Below, in pieces: positions 34,122-42,955 of a stretch of 64,000 nt of DNA. The notes below the pieces were generated by a model. That model saw nothing but the letters and a program-made list of their open reading frames with translations, ran no database searches and was not told the origin of the DNA. The stretch comes from Simkaniaceae bacterium (GTDB taxonomy: Bacteria > Chlamydiota > Chlamydiia > Chlamydiales > JACRBE01): positions 21,368 through 85,367 of the forward strand of contig JALEGI010000002.1 in the NCBI GenBank assembly GCA_022763045.1, written 5' to 3'. Both the position numbers and the translations under genes were made by a program. Each line of letters begins with the position of its first letter. Positions within the stretch are counted from its first letter, which is position 1.

Positions 34122-34146
34122 GAAGCCCTTGAGGGAACTCAAAAAG

Positions 34147-34176
34147 GCCGGGACAATTTGTCCCGGCTTTTTTTTT
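34147..34176 (+). terminator. Rho-independent terminator after the first MOMP-like gene
   Basis: GCCGGGACA-ATT-TGTCCCGGC (9-bp stem, 3-nt loop) followed by nine Ts. An A-run upstream makes it potentially bidirectional. Confidence 0.8.
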
Positions 34177-34223
34177 GTCTAGATTGCTTGCTAAATATAT
34201 AAAAAAAATTAGAATAAAATCGT

Positions 34224-35279
34224 ATGGGACAATTGAAGCAACTCGGTAAATTTGCATTTCTATTTTCCCTCCTAACTTCCAGTACGTTATGCGATGAACC
34301 AACCTTAAAACAGTTCGTCGTACCCAATGCAATGGATACCCTAGGAGTGGTCACAGCTCCCGCACGTCCAGAAATTGAGGGTGATCAGTACTATATTGAC
34401 TTAGAGCCTCTACTTTGGCACGCGCGAGTTGGGGGCACAGCATTTGCTTTCACAAACAACCGCGCAACAGTCGGTCTACCAACAAAAGGGGAGACCAAAG
34501 CCATCAGTATGGGGTGGGACTTTGGCTTTCGCGTAGGACTTGGCTACTGTCTTCCCTACGATGGGTGGGACCTAGACGCCCACTACCTCTACTATCGCAC
34601 AACAGATAGCAACAACACCAATACAACGCGATTAAGCACGCTCACGCCGCTTAAAGGCACACTACTCATCAATCGTAACGTTGATGAAGCGCGCTCGAAT
34701 TTAAAATTAACACTCAGCTCCATCGATCTCATGCTCGGTCGTGAGTTTTTTGTGAGTCCTTTTCTCTCTGTAAAGCCAGCGATTGGATTGCAAACTTCCT
34801 GGCTGAATCTCAATCAGCACACGGCCTATTCTGGAGGCCCTTTTCTCGACGTGAACTCCTATTACGTTGACGATGAAAGTAAGTTTTGGGGCATAGGACC
34901 CAAGCTAAGCGGCAGCTCTCAGTGGTTTATTGGAAACGGCTTTTCGCTCTTCGGTTCACTCGGCTTTGCCATGCAATATGGTAAGTACGACATCTACTAC
35001 CAAGAAGATCTCAGCAACACAATTACAGATTCGCTATTCATTCATGAGCAGCGCCACCAATTCGATCCCGAAATCGATTTCGGACTTGGACTTGGCTACG
35101 GCACATATGTGAACGAACACAAAGCCTTCTTTGAAGTGAGCCTTTGGTATGAAGGGGAGTTTTGGATTAGCCAAAACCAAATGATCCAAGTCTTTCAAAC
35201 AAATGCCTCACGTTTCAATAATGTCTCTGAAGATGTGAGCATGCACGGTGCCACGCTCAAAGTACGCGTTAACTTCTAA
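34224..35279 (+). CDS. MOMP-like outer-membrane porin, paralogue
   Basis: Signal peptide. Shares blocks with 33006..34121 (GWDL..Y.Y.R, LELGR/LMLGREFFVS, KFWG.GP). Ends ...LKVRVNF. Confidence 0.65.
   Translation: MGQLKQLGKFAFLFSLLTSSTLCDEPTLKQFVVPNAMDTLGVVTAPARPEIEGDQYYIDLEPLLWHARVGGTAFAFTNNRATVGLPTKGETKAISMGWDFGFRVGLGYCLPYDGWDLDAHYLYYRTTDSNNTNTTRLSTLTPLKGTLLINRNVDEARSNLKLTLSSIDLMLGREFFVSPFLSVKPAIGLQTSWLNLNQHTAYSGGPFLDVNSYYVDDESKFWGIGPKLSGSSQWFIGNGFSLFGSLGFAMQYGKYDIYYQEDLSNTITDSLFIHEQRHQFDPEIDFGLGLGYGTYVNEHKAFFEVSLWYEGEFWISQNQMIQVFQTNASRFNNVSEDVSMHGATLKVRVNF
34763..34782 (-). repeat. Solo module A inside the second MOMP-like gene (antisense)
   Basis: TTCTCTCTGTAAAGCCAGCG, read as F-L-S-V-K-P-A. 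Confidence 0.85.
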
Positions 35280-35338
35280 GCCATTTACTAAAGCTCATGA
35301 GTATGGTAGCCTACCTTCAGTTAAAAAAAGGCAATACA

Positions 35339-35650
35339 ATGGATTTAGAAGCAATTTTAGAGCAGGCTAGAAGAGTAGTTGAAGAGGTTGAAACAATCGG
35401 TGACGAAGTTTTGATTGATGTACGCGAAGAGAATGAATGGGAAAAGGGGCATATCGAAGGTGCGATTCACATTCCTCGCGGACTTTTAGAGTTTCAAATT
35501 GAAAAGCACGTCAAAGACAAATCGCAGCCCATCTTACTGTACTGTGCAGGTGGTGCACGCTCTTTGGTAGCAGCCCTTACCCTCAAAAATCTTGGCTTTA
35601 CAGAGGTGAAGTCTTTGAAACATGGCATCAAAAACCAAAAATTAGTCTAG
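35339..35650 (+). CDS. Single-domain rhodanese (sulfurtransferase)
   Basis: Active-site loop CAGGARS and LIDVREENEW. ATG at 35339 is preferred (the track start is 35297). A one-mismatch module A copy at 35591-35608 encodes L-G-F-T-E-V. Confidence 0.8.
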   Translation: MDLEAILEQARRVVEEVETIGDEVLIDVREENEWEKGHIEGAIHIPRGLLEFQIEKHVKDKSQPILLYCAGGARSLVAALTLKNLGFTEVKSLKHGIKNQKLV

Positions 35651-35930
35651 CTTGTAAAGCGGCAAGCCGTTTTGCATAATTCAAAACACGACAAACTAAT
35701 TATGATGAATTTTAATATTAATTTGAAAATACATTGTATAAGAACCTGATTTAATCAGGTCGAAGAGCGCCGTCAGGGCGCTCAGGGGGCCCCAGATTTG
35801 CGCTATCGCGACGAACCAAGCGTATAGATAAATACGTGTGAGGAGCGATAGGGTGAAGATGGGGTGCCATGATGCGGCCAAAAGGCAGTGTTGCATAATT
35901 GCAACATTGCCAAGCGGCTTTACAAGCTAG
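35648..35930. repeat. Split palindrome: the two arms of the family palindrome separated by about 253 nt of structured sequence
   Basis: Left arm AGCTTGTAAAGCGG (35649-35662), right arm GGCTTTACAAGCT (35916-35928). A 10-nt direct repeat TTGCATAATT (35672-35681 and 35891-35900) brackets a 209-nt core. The core has perfect hairpins at 35744-35760 and 35765-35783. Confidence 0.75.
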
Positions 35931-35931
35931 T

Positions 35932-36630
35932 TTAAGATTTGGGTAAGGACTTGGGTATCTTCTCTAAATCGGTTGGATTTAGCGTCATTGCCAATCTGTT
36001 GTAAAATTGCTCATATCCCGAGTTGCATGCTTGAGAGATCGTATGAGAGTCATTAAATCCGCTTCCATTCCACGAAACGCTCTCTTTTAATGCGGTATTC
36101 ACTGCGTAGATCACACTCCATTCATACTGGGTGTTTGATGGGGTGATTTTTTCATGGTTTTTCAAGTAATTTGATAAGGGTGTTGAAATCAGCCCGGTCA
36201 TCTGTTTAAAGGAGTCTTGAAGCTCTGGTAAGACATTTTCTGCGCAGTCAAATTTCTCCGGTGCTTGGAAAAGGTGCCACATTTGCTCTCCAAAAGTGAG
36301 TGTAAATTCAAACGGAGTTTGGAGGGCCTTGGGGTTTTGTGTTATTGTGGCAAGCAGTGTGCTAGCTAAACCTTTTAAAATAACATCCCCGGGGTAGCTA
36401 CCATCAAGAGGAGGGGAAGTTTGTGGCTTTAGGAGACTAAAGATTCCAGAAACTGTAGGTTCTAATGGGCCTGCTGCAGAAATAATTCTTTGAGCCACTT
36501 GTTCTAGGGATTCTGTCTTTGTTGCAGCTGGCCAACTGATGTAATCACTCAGCGCGTTTTCCATATTCTCCAGGTTTTGTGAGGAGAAAGAGTGCTCAAA
36601 ACTGTTAGGAGCGTTTGGGTTTACTTCCAT
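35932..36630 (-). CDS. Hypothetical protein, member 2 of a tandem paralogue pair
   Basis: Start chosen at MEVNPNAP (36630) by alignment with the upstream paralogue. Shared blocks ALSDY(V/I)xW, LPEL, TIS(D/Q)ACN(K/S)GY. Confidence 0.5.
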   Translation of the reverse strand: MEVNPNAPNSFEHSFSSQNLENMENALSDYISWPAATKTESLEQVAQRIISAAGPLEPTVSGIFSLLKPQTSPPLDGSYPGDVILKGLASTLLATITQNPKALQTPFEFTLTFGEQMWHLFQAPEKFDCAENVLPELQDSFKQMTGLISTPLSNYLKNHEKITPSNTQYEWSVIYAVNTALKESVSWNGSGFNDSHTISQACNSGYEQFYNRLAMTLNPTDLEKIPKSLPKS

Positions 36631-36640
36631 AAGTTCACTT

Positions 36641-37351
36641 TTAACCCAATGAAGAGGGAATGTGCGGAGAATTTGGAATCCAACGACTTGGAATTTTATC
36701 GACCATATTCTCATAAAAGCTACTATAGCCCTTATTACATGCATCGCTAATTGTTCCTGCATCTGCAAATGCATTTGCTCCCGCTTGTAATCCACTTAGA
36801 AGGGCGTATGCAGGCCCATAATTGGTATCTCCACCTGGATACCAGATTTCATTTTGATTTTTAATATTACTAGTTAGGTTTTCTAATGAAGAGAAGACAT
36901 TAGCATAACTAGATTTTAGCTCTGGCAATTCTGACGGGGCACAATGGTTTTGAAGGGGAGCATTAAAAAGGTTGTGCATGGAAATTTGAAGAGTTACCAG
37001 TATATTTTCACTGTCTGATTCAGTACTCCCTGTTATTCTACTAGGATCGCTACTTGAAAGTTTTACAACTTCTGATAGGGTTTGACCTAACCCTTTATAA
37101 GCTATGAAATTGGGGTAATCTTTTTGCAGAGATTTTTCGTCTGGCATAAGGAGTTTGGCATAATCGGCAAATATAGGGTTGCATTTGTCGGCACAATTAA
37201 TGACTTGGTTTGCTGCATATCCAAAAGACTCATTTGAAGTAACTGGTGACCAGTTCACATAATCGCTTAAAGCCTCAGTAAGATTCTGGAGATTAGATGG
37301 TGTTGAATCGGGTTGTTGTATTCCACCCACATTATTCGAATTAATTTCCAT
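36641..37351 (-). CDS. Hypothetical protein, member 1 of a tandem paralogue pair
   Basis: 236-aa ORF (MEINSNNVGG...). No signal peptide. Extremely AT-rich upstream region (37352-37440). Confidence 0.5.
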   Translation of the reverse strand: MEINSNNVGGIQQPDSTPSNLQNLTEALSDYVNWSPVTSNESFGYAANQVINCADKCNPIFADYAKLLMPDEKSLQKDYPNFIAYKGLGQTLSEVVKLSSSDPSRITGSTESDSENILVTLQISMHNLFNAPLQNHCAPSELPELKSSYANVFSSLENLTSNIKNQNEIWYPGGDTNYGPAYALLSGLQAGANAFADAGTISDACNKGYSSFYENMVDKIPSRWIPNSPHIPSSLG

Positions 37352-37465
37352 TTTTTAATCCTTTTATTTTTAAAATAACATTTAATTAAATTAATTAAAA
37401 TAAATTTTATTTTTTATAAAACTATCAACATGAGTGATATACGCTAGACATTAGATTCATGCTTC

Positions 37466-37597
37466 TAGCGAACAAAGTGGCAAGCTGTTTTGCAAGTGTG
37501 TGGTTTCAGCAAATTTAGTCAGAGTGGTTAATTTGCAAAAGCAAAACGCTTGTAAAGCCGCTTTACAAGCTAGCGACTTGTCTCTGTAAAGCCAGGG
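37466..37597. repeat. Mosaic repeat cluster: variant arm, module D (reversed), palindrome B, reversed module A
   Basis: GTGGCAAGCTGTTTTGCAAGTG; TGGTTTCAGCAAATTTAGTCAGAGTGGTTAA (37501-37531 region); CGCTTGTAAAGCCGCTTTACAAGCTA (37547-37572); TTGTCTCTGTAAAGCCAGGG (37578-37597), which ends 4 nt from the acyP stop. Confidence 0.85.
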
Positions 37598-37600
37598 ATT

Positions 37601-37873
37601 TTAGACGATTTTGAAGTGATTTAGGGGCTCTTTTACTGCTCTCTTGGAGTGAGTTATTGAGTCGATGGAATGGGGATTATTGCTTGCTTTGAGCGCGGCA
37701 AGGAGCTCGTTTGCTTGGGTTTGCGTGCCGTGAACGATAATTTCAACGGTTCCGTCGGGGAGGTTTTGTACAGTGCCACTAATTCCTAGCTTTGTTGCTA
37801 GGTCTTTGGTGGTGGCGCGAAAGCAAACGCCTTGGACTCTTCCAGTTACGATGATGTGGTGGCATTCTGCCAT
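37601..37873 (-). CDS. acyP: Acylphosphatase
   Basis: 90 aa with the VTGRVQGVCFR signature. Confidence 0.85.
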   Translation of the reverse strand: MAECHHIIVTGRVQGVCFRATTKDLATKLGISGTVQNLPDGTVEIIVHGTQTQANELLAALKASNNPHSIDSITHSKRAVKEPLNHFKIV

Positions 37874-38832
37874 GGGTAGCTCCTGATTAACTCCTCTATT
37901 TCACCTAAATCTTTCGATTTATTCAACTTCTCTCGAAAGGTTTTCATTTTAGATTCGTTTTTCAGGTACCAGCAGCCAATGCGGCGCATGTCGGTGACGG
38001 CGCGGCGGCCAGTTTGGTAGTTTTTGACGCGGTTAAAGTGCGCCTCTAGGGTGGCGGGTAGGTCGGTTGCAGGCGGTGGGTCACCGTTGAGGTGGGCGAC
38101 GATTTCGTCGTAAATCCACGGTTTGCCTAGGGTGCCGCGGGAGATGAGCACGCCGTCGCAGTTGGTTTGGTCGAAAATAGCCTTTGCGGCAGGGCCAGAA
38201 AAGATGTCGCCATTTCCAATCACGTGGATCGATTTTGCCTTTGCTTTGCACAGAGCGATGGGGTTCCAGTCAGCATCGCCTTTGTAGCCCTGTTTGCGTG
38301 TGCGTCCATGGATTGTGATGGCAGTTGCGCCTGCTTGTTCGGCGATTTCTGTGATCTCTTCTGCGATGATGCTCTCCTCATCCCAGCCGATACGAATTTT
38401 GACGGTAACGGGGATATCAACGGCGTTGACCATGTTCGTGAGGATGTCGCCGATGCGCTGGGGGTCTTTGAGTAGGCCTGAGCCGCTGAGGTCTTTTGTC
38501 ACTTTGTCGACGGGACAGCCGCAATTGAGGTCGACGACGTCAAAGCCGAGATCTTCGATGATTTTGGCACATGGTCCTGCGAGGTGGGGCTTCGAGCCAA
38601 CAATTTGCGCGCCAATGGGGTGCATGTCGTGGGTGTAGTCAAGTAGGCGAAAGGTGCCGGGGTCGTTGCGCATGAGCGCATCCATTTTAACCATTTCACA
38701 GAACATGAGCCCTGGGCGATAGAGTGTCGACATTTGGCGAAAGGGCAGATCGGAGCATCCTGCAAGGGGTGCGTACCACACGTTGGAGGGCAGTTCGAGG
38801 TTTTTGAGTTTGAGCTTTCTAAGATAGGACAT
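37846..38832 (-). CDS. dusB: tRNA-dihydrouridine synthase (DusB/NifR3 family)
   Basis: APLAGCSDLPFR, DLNCGCP (catalytic Cys), ITIHGRTR. Confidence 0.9.
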   Translation of the reverse strand: MSYLRKLKLKNLELPSNVWYAPLAGCSDLPFRQMSTLYRPGLMFCEMVKMDALMRNDPGTFRLLDYTHDMHPIGAQIVGSKPHLAGPCAKIIEDLGFDVVDLNCGCPVDKVTKDLSGSGLLKDPQRIGDILTNMVNAVDIPVTVKIRIGWDEESIIAEEITEIAEQAGATAITIHGRTRKQGYKGDADWNPIALCKAKAKSIHVIGNGDIFSGPAAKAIFDQTNCDGVLISRGTLGKPWIYDEIVAHLNGDPPPATDLPATLEAHFNRVKNYQTGRRAVTDMRRIGCWYLKNESKMKTFREKLNKSKDLGEIEELIRSYPWQNATTSS

Positions 38833-39130
38833 AGAAGATAAACGCCTCGAGTAGTCTGAGTGCTAGCAGCGCAAGAAGGGGGCTGATGTCGAGCACTCCA
38901 CCGATAGGGGGAATGATTCTTCGAAAAAGGTTGAGGTAGGGGTCTGTCACGGTTGCCAAGTAGTGCATCCACGCTTGATGTTGGAGGGTTGGAAACCATG
39001 ATGCGATGATGCGCACGATAATTAAAATCGTGTACACCAAGAAAATGTTATGGATAATTGCTAGGATCATACTAAAATAATACCCAAACGAAAGATTTTT
39101 TGCACTCGTGAGGTTGCTAAATGCATGCAC
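38819..39130 (-). CDS. YggT-family membrane protein
   Basis: 103 aa. The pattern IVRIIASWFP...LNLFRRIIPPIGGVLDISPLLALLAL is typical of YggT. Confidence 0.7.
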   Translation of the reverse strand: MHAFSNLTSAKNLSFGYYFSMILAIIHNIFLVYTILIIVRIIASWFPTLQHQAWMHYLATVTDPYLNLFRRIIPPIGGVLDISPLLALLALRLLEAFIFYVLS

Positions 39131-40524
39131 TTGCCATTCGCAAGGATGGAAATACGGTTAGATTTTCTTTGATTACCTCATCAAAGAGAAAATTCAAAAT
39201 TGAATTTATTCAATCTGTTGATGAGGGAGATGTCAAAGAGGCAATTTTAAAATATGTCAATTTGAGTCACGGCAATAAGCATGTCGAGTGTGTGATTGGG
39301 ATGCCCTCGGATCAAATTTTTATTCGTCAGTTGAGTTTTCCAATCAAAAATCGACGCGCGTTGATGAAGACGTTGCCTTTTCAGCTCGAATCGGTTGTTC
39401 CCTTTTATGATAGTCCAGATGCTCGGGTGGTGACACTTGTGAAAAAGAGTGATGAAGGCTTTCAAGTAACTCCTTTTGCTTTCATGCGCGCGCACTTGCT
39501 AGAGCAGATTGAGACCTATAAGGAGATTGGTTTTGATGCTGAGTGGGTGAGCTGCATTCCGCAGGCACTTTTACGCTTTGCCCGCTACGTCTGTCCCCAT
39601 GCTGAGTCGGGTTTGGTGATTTTTGTTGGGCGCTGTGAGACGCACATTTTATCCTACATTGATGGGAAGATTGACGTTGCTCTTAACTTGCACAAGGGGG
39701 CAGCAGAGCTTGCTAATGAGCGCTTTCAACAAGAGCTGATTCGCTCAGTGAAGTATTGTTTATCGCGCGACACGCGCGGTAAGGTGGAGGGGCTTTTGCA
39801 GCTGGGTGCAGCAAAATTCCAGTCGATCGATTTGGGTGTTGAGCAGATGGCGATTTCCAATGGAACAATTTTCAGCAATGAGGAGCTCAAAGAGTTTGCT
39901 GTTGAGGTGGGATTAGGCATCGATGTGGTTGCCAAAGATAGCGAGACGCTTCAGCTTAGAGGTGTGCCTGATGTTGCCCCGCAACATATGAAAAAAGTCA
40001 AAAATTATGTGAAGGTCGCGCTCTGTTTGTCTGTCGCCTGTAGCGCTCTTTTAGGTGTGATGGGTTATGGTCAAATTCGCCGCGTGCAGCACAATTTGGT
40101 GAAGCGGTTGGAGGTTGCGACGGGTAAGAAAGTGGAGGCCTCAGCGCAGGCAGATGAGTGGATTTCTCTCATCGATCGCGAGCGGCGAAATCTCAAGAGA
40201 CGCGGCCCCTCGGTGCATTTCCACAAGGCGCCCGTGCCTGTTACCGAACTTCTAAACTGGATTAGCACACACCCAGATTTACAAGAGGGCTTTGAGGTCG
40301 ATCGTCTTTCCTACTCGCTAGAGAGCTATCCGAACCTTGCCCACCCACTGCACCCATTCAAGGTGAAAGTCGATTTGACTTTTCGCGCAAACTCCCCTCT
40401 GCTTGCAAGGGATTTTCATCAATCACTCATGAGTGAAGAGAAAATAGTAGATGTTAAAGAAACAATTCACTGGGAAAGAGGCGAAAAGGGCTATCACTGC
40501 TCTTTTTACCTCAAAAATTCCTGA
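39121..40524 (+). CDS. PilM/GspL-like assembly protein (type II secretion or type IV pilus-like)
   Basis: The N-terminal pattern (GMPSDQIFIRQLSFPIKNRRALMKTLPFQLESVVPF) resembles PilM/GspL. One TM helix near residue 300. Confidence 0.45.
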   Translation: MHALAIRKDGNTVRFSLITSSKRKFKIEFIQSVDEGDVKEAILKYVNLSHGNKHVECVIGMPSDQIFIRQLSFPIKNRRALMKTLPFQLESVVPFYDSPDARVVTLVKKSDEGFQVTPFAFMRAHLLEQIETYKEIGFDAEWVSCIPQALLRFARYVCPHAESGLVIFVGRCETHILSYIDGKIDVALNLHKGAAELANERFQQELIRSVKYCLSRDTRGKVEGLLQLGAAKFQSIDLGVEQMAISNGTIFSNEELKEFAVEVGLGIDVVAKDSETLQLRGVPDVAPQHMKKVKNYVKVALCLSVACSALLGVMGYGQIRRVQHNLVKRLEVATGKKVEASAQADEWISLIDRERRNLKRRGPSVHFHKAPVPVTELLNWISTHPDLQEGFEVDRLSYSLESYPNLAHPLHPFKVKVDLTFRANSPLLARDFHQSLMSEEKIVDVKETIHWERGEKGYHCSFYLKNS

Positions 40525-41149
40525 ACTTTGGAGAAAGAAAGGGGGCTGGCAATTTGTCCTCTTTCATCCTGGATTTTATGTGGCACTTTTTATCCTGTGC
40601 ATGGCAGGGCCAGTTGGCGTGTGGTGTATTTATTCTGCACGCGCTTGCGATTTGGAGTTTTTGTCTGAAGAGCTTGTGAGCTTGGAGACACTTGCTTCAA
40701 AGATGGTGAGCGAAAATGAGCGCCGCGCCTATTTTCGAGAGAAATTTGGCAGTGCAGATCCAAATTATTTGACTCATCAGGTAGAGAGTTTGACGCCACT
40801 CAAAGCTGAGGTCGATTTGCTTACGCGTATTGGTAAGATGCCCTCGTTTCAAGGTTTTGAGCCGATCACAAAGCGGCTCCAATTTCTCACCCTTGGTAAA
40901 AATCAGCCTCTTTTTGAAGAGATCGACCGTCGCAAGAGTGAGGGGTTTGTCGAGGTTGAGAGTCGATTTATTCATCCAGTCACAGTTGATTTGAACGATC
41001 TGAGCGCCTTTTTGACGCGCGTTGAGGGCTCTCATCGCTACCGTCCTCAGATGTTTTTCAAGAAATTTGAGATCAAACGTGATACAATTGCAAAAGATCG
41101 TGAATCGTATCAACTCAATATGGAAGTGTTAACAAGGGAAATTCGATGA
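40451..41149 (+). CDS. Hypothetical bitopic membrane protein (GspM/PilO-like position)
   Basis: A single TM helix (FVLFHPGFYVALFILCMAGPVGVWCIY) followed by a soluble domain. The call is from context only and the start is uncertain. Confidence 0.35.
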   Translation: MLKKQFTGKEAKRAITALFTSKIPELWRKKGGWQFVLFHPGFYVALFILCMAGPVGVWCIYSARACDLEFLSEELVSLETLASKMVSENERRAYFREKFGSADPNYLTHQVESLTPLKAEVDLLTRIGKMPSFQGFEPITKRLQFLTLGKNQPLFEEIDRRKSEGFVEVESRFIHPVTVDLNDLSAFLTRVEGSHRYRPQMFFKKFEIKRDTIAKDRESYQLNMEVLTREIR

Positions 41150-42417
41150 GAAAATTAGCCATTGTCTGTTTAGCAGCCCTTTTATTTGGGTGTGCAACTA
41201 AAGTTGCTAAGCAAGAAAAATTGGCGAGCATTCAACTCTACGATCGCAACGGTTTTCAAGAGACAATCAGTAGCGAGGAGCGCCTCGAACGCTACCAAAA
41301 GAGCGATTTTTCCTCACCTCAGCCCTACACGAAGGTTGTGCGCGTCTTCAAACGAGATGATAAGGGGCGCTCTCCTGGAAAGGTGACGACCTACCACGCA
41401 AATGGGCAGCTCTGGCAGTCGCTCGATGTGGTCAATGGGCGCGCCAATGGATGGTTTGTTGAGTATCACGATAACGGCAAAAAAAAGATGCAAGCTCGTG
41501 TTATTGAGGGCAAGGGGGAGCTCGATGAAGAGGCAATGCTTGGCTGGGTCTTTGATGGAGAGGGTTTTATTTGGGACAATTGTGGAAATTTAACTGTTGA
41601 GGCGATGTACGAGAACGGCAAGCTTGAGGGAAAGCTTATCTACTACTATCCAAGTGGTAAAGTGCAGATGGTGCACCCCTATGTGCACAATGAGTTACAT
41701 GGGACTCAACTTACCTACGATAAAAAGGGCAATGTCCTCACTCGCTGCAACTTTTCAAAGGGGTTGCAAGATGGGACAACAGAGCATGAGGGCGATGAAA
41801 ACTGGCCTCATTATTGGGAGAGCTACAAAGAGGGTAAACTCCTTGAGGGGACCTATTACAGCAAGGACGAGGAAATTCTCTCCCGCGTAGAAAATGGAAA
41901 GGGAATTCGCCTTCTATTCAAAAATGGTGATATCTACCGTCGCGAGACGATTAAAAATGGGATTGTTGAGGGGGAAGTTTGGCTCTACAATTCAAATATT
42001 TTGGAAAACTACTTCACGCTCAAGGACGGGAAAAAGCATGGACAGGAGTGGGTCTACTATCCGCCACTTGGCGAGCAGTTTATTGAGCTCGATCCTAAAA
42101 TGATGATTGAGTGGTACGAAGGAGAGATGCACGGGACGGTAAAGACGTGGTATCGTGGAAGAAAGCTTGAGTCGCAACGCGATATGGTGCGCAATTGTAA
42201 GCATGGTTTATCGACGTGTTGGTATCCCAACAGAGATATCATGCTTGTTGAGGAGTACGATGAGGGAAAACTTTTAAAAGGAAAATATCTCAAAAAAAAT
42301 GACAAGGTGCCTGTTTCTGAGGTCAAGGGTGGTAATGGGATTGCTACAATATACGACTCAGATGGCTACTTTGTTAGGAAGATCAAGTATGCTCAAGGAA
42401 AAATCATTACAAAATGA
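41146..42417 (+). CDS. MORN-variant (YwqK-like) repeat lipoprotein
   Basis: Lipobox LLFGC. Many repeats of the type G.x.E.Y..NG.(K/L)... Confidence 0.7.
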   Translation: MRKLAIVCLAALLFGCATKVAKQEKLASIQLYDRNGFQETISSEERLERYQKSDFSSPQPYTKVVRVFKRDDKGRSPGKVTTYHANGQLWQSLDVVNGRANGWFVEYHDNGKKKMQARVIEGKGELDEEAMLGWVFDGEGFIWDNCGNLTVEAMYENGKLEGKLIYYYPSGKVQMVHPYVHNELHGTQLTYDKKGNVLTRCNFSKGLQDGTTEHEGDENWPHYWESYKEGKLLEGTYYSKDEEILSRVENGKGIRLLFKNGDIYRRETIKNGIVEGEVWLYNSNILENYFTLKDGKKHGQEWVYYPPLGEQFIELDPKMMIEWYEGEMHGTVKTWYRGRKLESQRDMVRNCKHGLSTCWYPNRDIMLVEEYDEGKLLKGKYLKKNDKVPVSEVKGGNGIATIYDSDGYFVRKIKYAQGKIITK

Positions 42418-42955
42418 GGATGTCCACTTTCAAAAGTGGGAAAAGCGTCTTGCCTTTTTAGAAATGCGCGATAACCTTCCTCAGTCGCGGAGAAAAGAGG
42501 CAATTCTTCAATTAAACGAAGAGCTTTACAAGCTGATTCATGGCGCTGAATGTGTGCTCTCTTTTTGCTCGATGGGATCGGAAATCGATCTTACAGAATT
42601 TAACGAAAAACTCGCTTTTGAAGGGCGCCTTGCTCTGCCACGCGTTGAAGGAGAAGAGTTGATTCCCTTCCGCGTTAACTCATTGAGAGAGAGTTTAGAA
42701 ATCACACGCTGGAAAATTCTCGAGCCCATCCCAGAAAAATGCCTTAGAATTGGCTGTGCGGCGATTGATGTCGTTTTGGTGCCTGGTGTTGCTTTTGATA
42801 GCGATGGCTTTCGCTTAGGCTACGGAAAGGGCTTCTACGACCGTTTCTTGAATGGCATCCAATCGATTGGTGTTGGTTTCAAAGAGCAGCTCAATGAGGG
42901 CCCACTTCCACGCTTTGACCACGATGTAGCAGTTAGCAAGTTAGCGCTTTACTAG
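42389..42955 (+). CDS. 5-formyltetrahydrofolate cyclo-ligase
   Basis: LVPGVAFDSDGFRLGYGKGFYDRFL is the family signature. ATG at 42389 is preferred over the track start at 42299. Confidence 0.75.
   Translation: MLKEKSLQNEDVHFQKWEKRLAFLEMRDNLPQSRRKEAILQLNEELYKLIHGAECVLSFCSMGSEIDLTEFNEKLAFEGRLALPRVEGEELIPFRVNSLRESLEITRWKILEPIPEKCLRIGCAAIDVVLVPGVAFDSDGFRLGYGKGFYDRFLNGIQSIGVGFKEQLNEGPLPRFDHDVAVSKLALY

Noticed and set aside
35741-35800. The hairpin region as the SRP (4.5S) RNA, because of CAGGTC followed by a GC hairpin
   Set aside because: It lacks the conserved helix 8 features (GGAA tetraloop, and the AGCA and GGUCC-type symmetric loop) and the expected length and pairing. It is kept only as an unassigned structured segment.
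38294-38999. ORFs of 114 and 166 aa overlapping the dus and yggT genes
   Set aside because: They lie in alternative frames of well-supported genes, and their translations are Pro/Ser/Thr-rich without motifs.
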